Shown: piece after piece, positions 40,848 through 50,600 of the stretch | Numbering within the stretch: position 1 is the stretch's first letter | Layout of the letters: every line of letters begins with the position of its first letter | Assembly: GCA_963711735.1 (NCBI GenBank) | Contig: CAVQFA010000003.1 | Location: 284,367-348,366 of the forward strand | Length of the DNA: 64,000 bases | Reading direction: 5' to 3' | From: Candidatus Gottesmanbacteria bacterium | Lineage (GTDB): Bacteria > Patescibacteriota > Microgenomatia > UBA10105 > UBA927 | Program-made: the position numbers and the translations under genes | Notes under the pieces: model-generated | Database searches by the model: none | Seen by the model: only the letters and a program-made list of their open reading frames with translations | Told to the model about the DNA's origin: nothing

Positions 40848-41585
40848 ATGCCCATATACCGTTACGTTAAAAAATACCCGCGTAAAAAGTTTCAGCCTCC
40901 GCGGTTTGCTTCATATCTGCTTATATGTATGGGGATCGTGATGCTTTTATGGGTTGCATGGCCGATAGTAAGTTTTAAGTTTATTTCTGTTATCGGTTTC
41001 TCGCGGACGATAACCCCCTTAGGTTCGCAAAACGGTCAAATTTCTCCGATCGGAGACGGAATTGTCCATGCTGCAAGTCAGGATCAGACGAACTATGCTG
41101 ATCCGAACACCTGGTTTCCCGGCAAACCGCAAAAAAAGATCGTTACTCCAATAAATACATACTCGTTATCTATTCCGAAGCTGCACATTGAAAACGCAAC
41201 CGTTGTTATTGCCGGCGATTCACTCGATAAAAGTCTCATCCACTACGGGGGAACTGCAATACCAGGGGAATACGGTAACACCGTCATTTTTGGGCATTCT
41301 ACGCTACCGGCTCTCTATGATCCAAAAAGCTATAAAACAATATTTTCCTTATTACCAACACTCGATGCGGCGAGCGCAACCCGTCCGGGAGATGACATAT
41401 TTATCACATATGACGAAATTACGTACAGATACGAGGTTATCGATATTGTTGTTACTAAACCGCAGGATTTATCTCCGTTAGAGCAAACATTTGATGATTC
41501 GTACGTGACTCTTGTTACGTGTGTACCTCCTGGTACCTACTGGGAGAGGATGTATGTAAAAGCCAGAATTATTCCATTACAATGA
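40848..41585 (+). CDS. sortase family transpeptidase
   Basis: N-terminal TM, His motif VIFGHS, catalytic TLVTC, and a downstream Arg. Confidence 0.75.
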   Translation: MPIYRYVKKYPRKKFQPPRFASYLLICMGIVMLLWVAWPIVSFKFISVIGFSRTITPLGSQNGQISPIGDGIVHAASQDQTNYADPNTWFPGKPQKKIVTPINTYSLSIPKLHIENATVVIAGDSLDKSLIHYGGTAIPGEYGNTVIFGHSTLPALYDPKSYKTIFSLLPTLDAASATRPGDDIFITYDEITYRYEVIDIVVTKPQDLSPLEQTFDDSYVTLVTCVPPGTYWERMYVKARIIPLQ

Positions 41586-42865
41586 AAGTATCTACTTCTG
41601 TTTCATCAGACATATCGAATAAAGAGCTGGCAATTACTGCAATAAAAAAGAAGCTCATTGGGAAAAAATTATCATACAATGAAATTTTTGCCGTCATGGA
41701 TCAGATCGCAAACGAACGTTTAGGACCGGTTCTCACAACGTATTTTGCTGCAGCAGGATTTAAAGAAGGTTTTAGTCCGGACGAATTGTATTATTTAACC
41801 AAAGCAATGGTAGACACCGGTCCGAAACTGCACTTCCCGGGGATAATTGCCGGAAAACATTCTATAGGTGGAGTTGCCGGAACAAGAACAACAATGATTA
41901 TTGTTCCTATTATTGCAGCAGCCGGATTTCTTATCCCAAAAAATTCATCCCGCGCAATAACATCTCCCGCCGGAACAGCGGATACTATGGAGGTTTTGGC
42001 TCCGGTTTCGTTTACACCGACACAGATAAAAAAAATCGTGGAAAAAATTGGCGGATGCATTGTATGGGGAGGCAATCTCGGTTTAGCTCCCGCGGATGAC
42101 GTTATTATTCAGATAGAACAGCCGTTGGCATTTGAATCATATGATAAGTTCATTATTGCCATAATGGCAAAGCAAATTGCATCGGGCGTAACACATTTAG
42201 TGCTTGATATTCCCGTTGGTCCAACGATGAAAGTGAATCATTTTAAAGACGCAGATATCATAGCAAAAAAATTTCAATATCTTGCGAAAAGATTCGGCAT
42301 TACCTTAGTTACGGATATCAATGAAACACGTCAGAATGCCGGACGGGGTGTGGGACCTTTACTTGAAGCAAAAGATGCGCTATCCGTTCTAGAACAGCAT
42401 CCGGAGAGACCTTTGGAACTTGAAAGCAAAGCACTTCGTTTGGCGGGTAAACTTCTTACGATTTGTTTTCGGAAAAAACCGTCAAAATTCATTTCAGACC
42501 CTGAGGAATACGCACGTGAATTACTCACAAGCGGTGTTGCGGCAAAGAAGATGAGTGAAATTATTAAAGCCCAGGGAGGAAACCCTCATATAACCGCATA
42601 TGATTTAAAACCCGGTAATAAGCAATATCACGTGCTCGCGCCGCGCCACGGGAGAATTATTGCTATAAACAATCAGCATATTTCCGTCATCTGCAGAATT
42701 CTCGGATGTCCCGTCGATAAACGATCCGGTATGTATCTCAACAGAAAACTTGAAGACCAGGTAGACAAAGGTGATATACTATGTACGCTTTATGCTGATG
42801 ATGCCTGGAGAATAAAAGAAGCGTGTGATACGCTCAAGAACATTCCTATATATACAGTACGATGA
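41582..42865 (+). CDS. thymidine / pyrimidine-nucleoside (AMP) phosphorylase family, glycosyltransferase family 3
   Basis: KHSIGGVAGTRTTMIIVPIIAAAG...ITSPAGTADTMEVLA matches the TP phosphate/ribose-binding core. The ATG overlaps the sortase stop (ATGA). Confidence 0.8.
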   Translation: MKVSTSVSSDISNKELAITAIKKKLIGKKLSYNEIFAVMDQIANERLGPVLTTYFAAAGFKEGFSPDELYYLTKAMVDTGPKLHFPGIIAGKHSIGGVAGTRTTMIIVPIIAAAGFLIPKNSSRAITSPAGTADTMEVLAPVSFTPTQIKKIVEKIGGCIVWGGNLGLAPADDVIIQIEQPLAFESYDKFIIAIMAKQIASGVTHLVLDIPVGPTMKVNHFKDADIIAKKFQYLAKRFGITLVTDINETRQNAGRGVGPLLEAKDALSVLEQHPERPLELESKALRLAGKLLTICFRKKPSKFISDPEEYARELLTSGVAAKKMSEIIKAQGGNPHITAYDLKPGNKQYHVLAPRHGRIIAINNQHISVICRILGCPVDKRSGMYLNRKLEDQVDKGDILCTLYADDAWRIKEACDTLKNIPIYTVR

Positions 42866-42866
42866 T

Positions 42867-43061
42867 ATGCTGAAAAATATTATTGCACCGGTACAGGCAT
42901 GGCTCCTCTATCAGGGAAAATGCGTAGGTTGCGGAAAAACACTTCCCCGGAGGGATGACGCCACCGGATATAAGCAGGTGACATGTTCATGCGGAAGGAT
43001 ATATATGTATGATGCAACTGCAAAAAAATTCAGGAGGGCAACTTTTGAAGAAATTAAATAA
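42867..43061 (+). CDS. small zinc-ribbon-like protein (CxxC...CxC)
   Basis: GKCVGCGK ... CSCGRIY; 64 aa. Confidence 0.3.
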   Translation: MLKNIIAPVQAWLLYQGKCVGCGKTLPRRDDATGYKQVTCSCGRIYMYDATAKKFRRATFEEIK

Positions 43062-44025
43062 TTTGGGTTTTGTGCGCATAGGAATATTAATAATCGTATT
43101 ATTTACGGTTGTATTAGGATTTCTGGTGTGGTGGAAAGACGCTGCAGGACCCGTAGATAACAAAGACATGCAACCGATTCTTTTCAAAATTCAAAAAGGA
43201 GAAGGTGTAAAAAGTATCATATACCGGCTTTCAAAAGAACGGCTTATACGAAGTCCGTCTGCATTTTTTTTGTATATTAAACTGTCCCACCTGGAAAAAG
43301 ATTTACAGGCCGGTGATTTCCGTTTAAACAGAGGAATGGATTCCAACACCATTGCCCAGGAGTTAACCCACGGTACTTTGGATGTATGGGTTACGTTACT
43401 TGAAGGGTGGCGTAAAGAAGAAGTTGCCGCCCGTCTGTCAAAAGATTTAGATATTCCGGAATCGGAATTTATTCTTCATTCTAAGGAAGGATATCTTTTT
43501 CCTGATACATATTTAATTCCTAAAGATGCCACAGCCGGGGCAGTATTGGAAGTTCTTACAAATAATTTCAACAGCAAAGTAACAGAAGAAATCCTCCGGG
43601 GTTTTGCTGCAGAGCATTTGTCCACATCCGATGCAGTGATTCTTGCATCTATTGTTGAAAGGGAAGGCAGAACTGAGGAAGACCGTCCTATGATAGCCGG
43701 AATTTTAATGAATCGTTTGCAAAAAGATTGGCCTTTACAGGCTGATGCAACACTACAATATATATTAGGATATCAGGCGAATGAAAAGACATGGTGGAAG
43801 AAAGAATTAACGGACTACGACAAAAAAATTGATTCTCCGTACAATACCTATCTATATAAAGGTTTGCCGAAAGGACCCATATCAAATCCCGGACTTTCGT
43901 CAATTCGGGCAGTTGCTTTCCCAAAAAAATCCGAATATATGTTTTATCTACATGATAAAAGTGGTTTTGTCCATTACGCTAAAACGGCAGAAGAACATGC
44001 AATGAACGTGTCGAAATATTTATAA
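43009..44025 (+). CDS. mltG: endolytic murein transglycosylase MltG (YceG family)
   Basis: TM anchor plus the YceG signature SPYNTYLYKGLPKGPISNPG. Confidence 0.8.
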   Translation: MMQLQKNSGGQLLKKLNNLGFVRIGILIIVLFTVVLGFLVWWKDAAGPVDNKDMQPILFKIQKGEGVKSIIYRLSKERLIRSPSAFFLYIKLSHLEKDLQAGDFRLNRGMDSNTIAQELTHGTLDVWVTLLEGWRKEEVAARLSKDLDIPESEFILHSKEGYLFPDTYLIPKDATAGAVLEVLTNNFNSKVTEEILRGFAAEHLSTSDAVILASIVEREGRTEEDRPMIAGILMNRLQKDWPLQADATLQYILGYQANEKTWWKKELTDYDKKIDSPYNTYLYKGLPKGPISNPGLSSIRAVAFPKKSEYMFYLHDKSGFVHYAKTAEEHAMNVSKYL

Positions 44026-44070
44026 TCTTAATATTTCTTTCGGGATTTAAATAATTGTTAAAACTCCACC

Positions 44071-44098
44071 TTGACAATTCCGGAATACATCATATAAT
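44071..44098 (+). promoter_or_regulatory. sigma70-like promoter for rpoBC (TTGACA-16nt-TATAAT)
   Basis: Consensus hexamers at 44071-44076 and 44093-44098. Confidence 0.45.
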
Positions 44099-44122
44099 AA
44101 TTACTAATTTGATAGCCTTTAT

Positions 44123-44153
44123 GAGGCGAACGTTCATTGTTCGCTTCTTTTTT
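44123..44153 (+). promoter_or_regulatory. terminator-like hairpin + T6 in the rpoB leader (putative attenuator)
   Basis: GAGGCGAAC / GTTCGCTTC 9-bp stem (one G-U), 7-nt loop, then TTTTTT, lying 35 nt before the rpoB ATG. Confidence 0.35.
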
Positions 44154-44187
44154 CGTTTATATCGTCCATTCTGCAGAATTTATTTTA

Positions 44188-47100
44188 ATGGCAAAAGCTG
44201 ATCCACAACCAACCAGAGATTATTGGGGAGCGAATTATTCAAATATTCCTCAATTGGATTTAACTCTTGTACAACGAGAGTCTTATCAATGGTTTTTGGA
44301 AGAAGGGATAAGAGAACTTCTTTCCGAAGTTACCCCCATAACTGATTTTACGGGTAAGAATTGGGAATTGGTATTCGGAGATTATTTTTTTGGAAAGCCA
44401 AGACTCACACCAATAATTGCCCGTGAAAAAGGTTTGACGTATGACATGCCACTTCGCGTTACGGCAACACTGACAAATAAGCAAAACGGCCATCATGTAA
44501 CACAGGAAGTATTCTTGGGAGATATTCCTGCGATGACAGAACATGGTACGTTTATTATTAACGGCATTGAACGTTGTGTGGTTAATCAGCTCGTGCGTTC
44601 TCCGGGGATTTATTTTACGGGTACCGTAGATTCCACAACCGGAAGGACATTGTACAGCGCTGAAATCCGTCCGATGCACGGAAGTTGGCTTGAATTTATT
44701 ACGACAAGAAACGACGTCATAATGGTAAGAATTGACAGACGCAGAAAATTTGTTGCATCCACATTTCTTCGGGCTATTGGTCTCGGAACAAATGAAGAAA
44801 TTCAAAAAGCATTTCAGGACATTGAAGTAAATGGTGACCATAATTTTATCGAATCAACATTGTCAAAAGATACGACAACAAATCAGACAGAGGCTATTTT
44901 GGAGCTGTACCGGAAACTTCGGCCCGGCGAACCAATAGTGCTGGAAAATGCTCAGGAACTCATGCGAAGCATGTTTTTTGATTACCGGAGATATTCTCTT
45001 GAACGGGTAGGCAGATATAAAATGAATAAGAAATTGGAAATTGCTGTATCGAATCAAAAGAATAATTGGGTTTTGACAAAAGAAGATATTTTAGGAAGTG
45101 TAAGATATTTAATCAATTTAGCTAATGGTAAAGGTGACGTTGATGATATTGATCATCTCGGAAACCGCAGGGTTCGCAGGGTAGGTGAACTGGTTGCTAC
45201 AAACGCATTCAGGGTTGGTTTATTGCGTCTCGAGCGGTCGGTCAGAGAAAAAATGAGTTTAGCTGGTCCTGCAGCCATAGATTTAACTCCAACGCAGCTT
45301 ATCAACGCGCGTCCGATTATTGCTGCAATAAATGATTTCTTCCGTACAAGCCAATTATCTACAATACTCGATCAAACCAATCCATTATCAGAAGTTGATA
45401 ATCTCAGACGTCTCACTGTTATGGGCGTCGGTGGAATTTCCCGGGAGCGGGCCTCGTTTTCCATCCGTGATATCAATGCATCTCAATATTCACGGATTTG
45501 TCCGGTCAGAAGTCCTGAAGGACCGAATATCGGGCTTGTAACATACATGTCCCTCTTTACCAGGGTAAATGAATTCGGTTTTCTGGAAGCTCCTTACCGA
45601 AAAGTAGAAAAAGTGAAATCAGGCGAAACCGTAAGGATGAGAATTACCGATGAAGTGGTATATATGGATGCCAGTGATGAGCAATATCACCATATAACAC
45701 ACGCATCAATATCTATAGATCCTAAAGGATATATTCTGGATGAACGGGTTCCTACCAGGTATAAGGGAGAATTTTTGGAAACAGACGTGACAAATATAGA
45801 ATTTATAGATTCTGTTCCAAAGCAGGTAGTGGGGGGTCCGGCATCGTTAATTCCGTTTATTGCGCATGACGAAGCAAACCGTGCGCTTATGGGAACACAC
45901 ATGCAATGTCAGTCCGTGCCATTATTAATTCCTCAATCGCCGGTTATCGGGACCGGGATGGAAAGTCCGATTGCATCTGCAATGGACAGAGTTATCCGGG
46001 CGAAAGACGATGCAACAGTAACGTTTGCTGACGGTTCTATGGTTGTTGTGGAGACGAAGGATAAACAGAAAGAGACGTATCTGATAGAAAAATTTAAAAG
46101 ATCAGCACAATCCACAAGCTACAATCAAAAGGTGCTTGTGAAAACAGGAGAAAAGGTAAGTGCAAATACAGTACTCGTGGACGGACCGGCATGTGACGGG
46201 GGCGAACTGGCGCTCGGATCAAATTTGGTTATTGCATATATGAGTTTTGACGGACTTGGATACGAGGACGCAATTGTTATATCAGACCGGTTAGTGAGAG
46301 AGGATGTCCTGACAAGCATTAATATAGAAGAACACGAAGCAAGCGTAGTGGATACAAAACTCGGACCTGAAGAAACTACCAGAGATATTCCGAATGTGGG
46401 TGAGGAAGCATTAAGAAATCTGGACGCGGACGGTATAGTCGTTGTTGGTGCTGAAGTCGGTCCCAACGATATTCTTGTTGGTAAGATTGCACCAAAAGGC
46501 GAAACTGAACTTACAGCAGAAGAAAGATTGCTACGGGCAATTTTCGGAGAAAAAGCCCGTGAAGTGCGGGACACAAGCCTTCGCATGCCGCATGGAGAAA
46601 GAGGAACAGTCATTGAAGTGAAAATACTGGATAAAGAAAAGGGTGATGAATTGGAGCCAGGTACCAACAGAAAAATAATCGTACGCGTTGCACAAATCAG
46701 AAAAGTAGTAGTCGGGGATAAACTTGCTGGACGACACGGAAATAAAGGTGTTATTTCAAAGATCGTGCCACAGGCAGATATGCCGTATATGTCTGACGGC
46801 ACAGTTGTAGATATAATAATTTCTCCTCTTTCCGTATTGTCCCGTATGAATTTAGGTCAACTACTTGAGGCACACCTGGGTTTTGCGGCATCAAAGCTGA
46901 ATAAAAAAATCGCATTACCGGTTTTTGAACATATTTCGGAGGAGAAAATTACAGACATGCTTAAAAAGGCAAGCCTTTCTCTTGACGGTAAAAGTGAGTT
47001 GTATGACGGACGAACCGGAGAGTTGTTTAAAGAGCGGGTTGTGGTAGGAATTGAATATGTCATGAAACTGATTCACATGGTAGAAGATAAAACGCATGCG

Positions 47101-47616
47101 CGTTCAACTGGACCATATTCACTTGTTACCCAGCAACCTCTCGGAGGAAAAGCGCAAATGGGCGGACAGAGATTGGGAGAAATGGAAGTTTGGGCGTTAG
47201 AATCTCATAGAGCTTCACATGTCCTTCAGGAAATGCTCACAATTAAATCAGATGACGTTGTAGGAAGAGCTAAGGCTTTTGAGGCTATTGTAAAAGGGAC
47301 GGAAATTCCGGCATCAACAGTTCCGGAATCATTTAAAGTTTTAGTTAAAGAATTACAGGCTTTAGGATTAAATGTTATTCCAACCGGCGTAGTTACTGCC
47401 AAACCGGTAAGTTCAACGCAATCTGATCAACCGGTTGTTCCACAACCATCATCTCAGACATCAAACCCGGTTCCTCCACAAACTTCAGTACCCAACGATG
47501 TGAAAGATGACACTAAAGAGGAAGTTGCGATCGTTCCTGAGATTATCAGTGAACCGGAAGTTCTTAAGGAAGATGTCAAAGCAATTGAAAATCCTCATTC
47601 AGAGGGGGAGGCATAG
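44188..47616 (+). CDS. rpoB: DNA-directed RNA polymerase subunit beta, with ~100-aa low-complexity C-terminal tail
   Basis: Full RpoB domains present. The ATG at 44188 (MAKADPQPTRDYWG...) is preferred over the 44137 frame extension. Confidence 0.95.
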   Translation: MAKADPQPTRDYWGANYSNIPQLDLTLVQRESYQWFLEEGIRELLSEVTPITDFTGKNWELVFGDYFFGKPRLTPIIAREKGLTYDMPLRVTATLTNKQNGHHVTQEVFLGDIPAMTEHGTFIINGIERCVVNQLVRSPGIYFTGTVDSTTGRTLYSAEIRPMHGSWLEFITTRNDVIMVRIDRRRKFVASTFLRAIGLGTNEEIQKAFQDIEVNGDHNFIESTLSKDTTTNQTEAILELYRKLRPGEPIVLENAQELMRSMFFDYRRYSLERVGRYKMNKKLEIAVSNQKNNWVLTKEDILGSVRYLINLANGKGDVDDIDHLGNRRVRRVGELVATNAFRVGLLRLERSVREKMSLAGPAAIDLTPTQLINARPIIAAINDFFRTSQLSTILDQTNPLSEVDNLRRLTVMGVGGISRERASFSIRDINASQYSRICPVRSPEGPNIGLVTYMSLFTRVNEFGFLEAPYRKVEKVKSGETVRMRITDEVVYMDASDEQYHHITHASISIDPKGYILDERVPTRYKGEFLETDVTNIEFIDSVPKQVVGGPASLIPFIAHDEANRALMGTHMQCQSVPLLIPQSPVIGTGMESPIASAMDRVIRAKDDATVTFADGSMVVVETKDKQKETYLIEKFKRSAQSTSYNQKVLVKTGEKVSANTVLVDGPACDGGELALGSNLVIAYMSFDGLGYEDAIVISDRLVREDVLTSINIEEHEASVVDTKLGPEETTRDIPNVGEEALRNLDADGIVVVGAEVGPNDILVGKIAPKGETELTAEERLLRAIFGEKAREVRDTSLRMPHGERGTVIEVKILDKEKGDELEPGTNRKIIVRVAQIRKVVVGDKLAGRHGNKGVISKIVPQADMPYMSDGTVVDIIISPLSVLSRMNLGQLLEAHLGFAASKLNKKIALPVFEHISEEKITDMLKKASLSLDGKSELYDGRTGELFKERVVVGIEYVMKLIHMVEDKTHARSTGPYSLVTQQPLGGKAQMGGQRLGEMEVWALESHRASHVLQEMLTIKSDDVVGRAKAFEAIVKGTEIPASTVPESFKVLVKELQALGLNVIPTGVVTAKPVSSTQSDQPVVPQPSSQTSNPVPPQTSVPNDVKDDTKEEVAIVPEIISEPEVLKEDVKAIENPHSEGEA

Positions 47617-47624
47617 GAACATTT

Positions 47625-50600
47625 ATGGATAAAAAAGCCACATTTGCAAATATAGTTGATTTTACAGGGTTAAAAATTAAACTAGCTTCGCCGGAAGAGA
47701 TAAAGGCGTGGTCATACGGAGAAGTAACTAAACCGGAAACGATAAATTATCGTACACTAAAACCGGAAAAAGACGGTTTATTCGACGAACGTATTTTTGG
47801 ACCGACAAAAGACTGGGAATGTTATTGCGGAAAATATAAACGGATTCGGTACAGAGGTATTATCTGTGATAAGTGCGGTGTTGAAGTGACTCAAAGTAAA
47901 GTACGTCGTGAAAGAATGGGACACATATCGCTGGCGGCTCCTGTTGTACATGTCTGGTTCTTTAAAGGTGCACCTTCCAAATTATCTCTTCTTCTTGATA
48001 TTAGTCCACGGGCATTGGAAGGAGTAATTTATTTTGCACAGTATCTAGTAGTGAAAGTAGATGAGGAAAAGAAAAAAGAAATTCTCGAAAAAATTATTGA
48101 ATCAGGAAACATCCGTATAAAAGAAGTTGAAAACCGATATAAAGAAAATATTGACCAAAAAAAGGATCAGTTTGCCAAAGAAAAATCAAATATTAAGGAT
48201 AAAGTAAAAGGTTCAGAAGCGAGAGACTTGGCAGCATCAGAGCTTACGTTAAAAGAAAAGCAGGAAATAAATGCATCGGATGCACAGCTTGAACAGGAAA
48301 AACAGAAAGTGAAAGAAGTTGTTGATTCCCTTATTTCTATTGTGAAGGGAATACACCAGTTTGCAACAATTACAGAGGATGAATACCTTCGCCTTTTTGA
48401 ATATGATGCAACATCATGCTTTACCGTAGCCATGGGTGCTGAAGCAGTATCAGAAGTAATTAAAAAACTTGATTTAGATAAAATAGCTGCGGACTTACGG
48501 GAAGAGATTCGGACAAGTTCAGGACAACGACATATTAAGGCAACGAAGAGGCTGCGTGTTGTTGACGGAATCCGAAAAGCTGCGGTGAATCCGTCATGGA
48601 TGATTATTAACACCTTGCCGGTTATTCCTCCTGATTTACGGCCGATGGTACAGTTAACCGGCGGACGTTTTGCCACAAGTGATTTAAATGATTTATACCG
48701 CCGTGTTATCAATAGAAATAACCGTCTTCGCCACCTGATGGATTTAGGTGCTCCTGAGATAATTCTCAGAAATGAAAAACGCATGCTTCAGGAAGCGGTC
48801 GACAGTCTTATTGATGCTACACAACGTCCGTCATCACGTGCGGTTATTCAGCCCTTGCGTTCTCTTTCTGATATGCTTCGGGGCAAACAGGGACGTTTCA
48901 GACAGAATTTACTCGGTAAAAGAGTAGATTATTCAGGCAGGTCAGTTATTGTCGTCGGTCCTGATTTAGCATTGACGCAATGCGGTATTCCGAAAGAAAT
49001 GGCTCTTGAGATGTTTAAACCGTTTGTATTAAGAGAACTTATCGTACGCGGAATAGCTCCGAATGTTAAAAACGCTAAAAATGTTCTTGAAAAAAGAACA
49101 CCTGAAGTTTTTGATATTTTGGAAGAAATAACGAAAAATCATCCGGTGCTTCTCAACCGCGCGCCCACACTTCATAAACTTGGAATTCAGGCATTTTACC
49201 CAATTCTTATAGAAGGTTCTGCTATACGCATTCATCCGTGTGTGTGCGCAGGATATAATGCGGATTTTGACGGAGATCAGATGGCTGTCCACATCCCGTT
49301 ATCAAAAGAATCGCAGGAAGAGGCCCGGACTCTCATGCTTCCGACTCATAATTTATTAAAACCGGCAGACGGATCTCCGATTACAGTTCCAAATAAAGAA
49401 ATGGTTTTAGGTTGTTATTATATTACGACAATCAATTCTTCATATAATATCAAGGATGTTGATGCGCTTCCAAAATATGGGAGCGTTCAGGACGCAATAT
49501 ACGATTGGCAAAGCGGAGGCATCGACATCCGGCAACCTATACGTGTTAACAGAGAAAATGAATATTTAACTACATCTTTAGGACGTATCCTTTTTAATGA
49601 ACGTTTGCCTCAGGCACTTCAGTTTATCAATGAACCTGTAAAAGCATCAATGATTAAAACAATAATCACAAAAGCTCTTTCTCTTTTTTCAAAGGAAGAA
49701 GTGGTGAAACTTATCGATGCAATAAAAAATATCGGTTTTTGGGGAGCAACAATATCCGGAGGTTTATCTGTTTCGGTATTTGATAATCATATAATTAAAG
49801 AAAAATCAAACATCATTAAAGAAACCGAAGAGAGAGTAAAAGTTGTAGAAAATAACTATTTTCAGGGGCTTATAACTCTCGAAGAAAAGAAACGGTTATC
49901 AAATGAAATATGGATTGAGATCACTGAAAAAATTGCCAATATGACCTGGGAGAATTTGAAAGAAACGAACCCGGTGAAAATGATTATTGAATCAGGAGGA
50001 GCACGCGCATCAAAAGATCAATTGAAACAGTTATGTGCAGTCAAGGGACTTGTAGTTGATCCATTGGGCAAAATTGTGGAACTTCCGACTAAATCGAATT
50101 ATCGTGAAGGACTGTCGATTTTTGAATACGTTACCAGTACCCGTGGTTCACGCAAAGGTTTGACGGATTCAGCATTAAAAACTGCAGATGCTGGATATTT
50201 AACCAGAAGACTTGTTGATGTGGCACATGACATGATTATCCGAATGGAAGATTGTGGCACTGAAGAAGGGTTTGAAATTCATCGTCAGGAAGACCGTCAA
50301 ACACCTTTTATAAACCGAATTATCGGACGGATTGCGGCTACCAATATTGTTGTTCCCGGAGGAAAGAAAGTTATTGTCCAGAAGGGTGAATACATAACTG
50401 AGGAACACGCAAAACTGATTGATGAACATGAAGTGAAATCCGTAAGCGTACGCTCACCGATTACATGCGGAGCAATGGTTGGTATGTGTGCACAATGTTA
50501 CGGACGTGATTTTTCTACAACACAACCTGTAGAGATTGGCGTTCCTGTTGGCGTTGTAGCAGCCCAGTCTATCGGTGAACCGGGAACTCAACTCACCATG

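Noticed and set aside
42825-43061. Longer 78-aa version of the zinc-ribbon ORF, and the 43009 start overlapping it
   Set aside because: The upstream part overlaps the phosphorylase C-terminus. The ATG at 42867, immediately after the phosphorylase stop, is the more parsimonious start. mltG overlap of ~50 nt is retained as uncertain.
46125-46802. 225-aa minus-strand ORF (and several 60-90 aa ORFs) inside rpoB; likewise 48167-48784 and 50864-51310 inside rpoC
   Set aside because: Antisense to highly conserved RNAP genes. Low-complexity S/T/P-rich translations are typical of antisense reading of coding DNA, with no independent signals.
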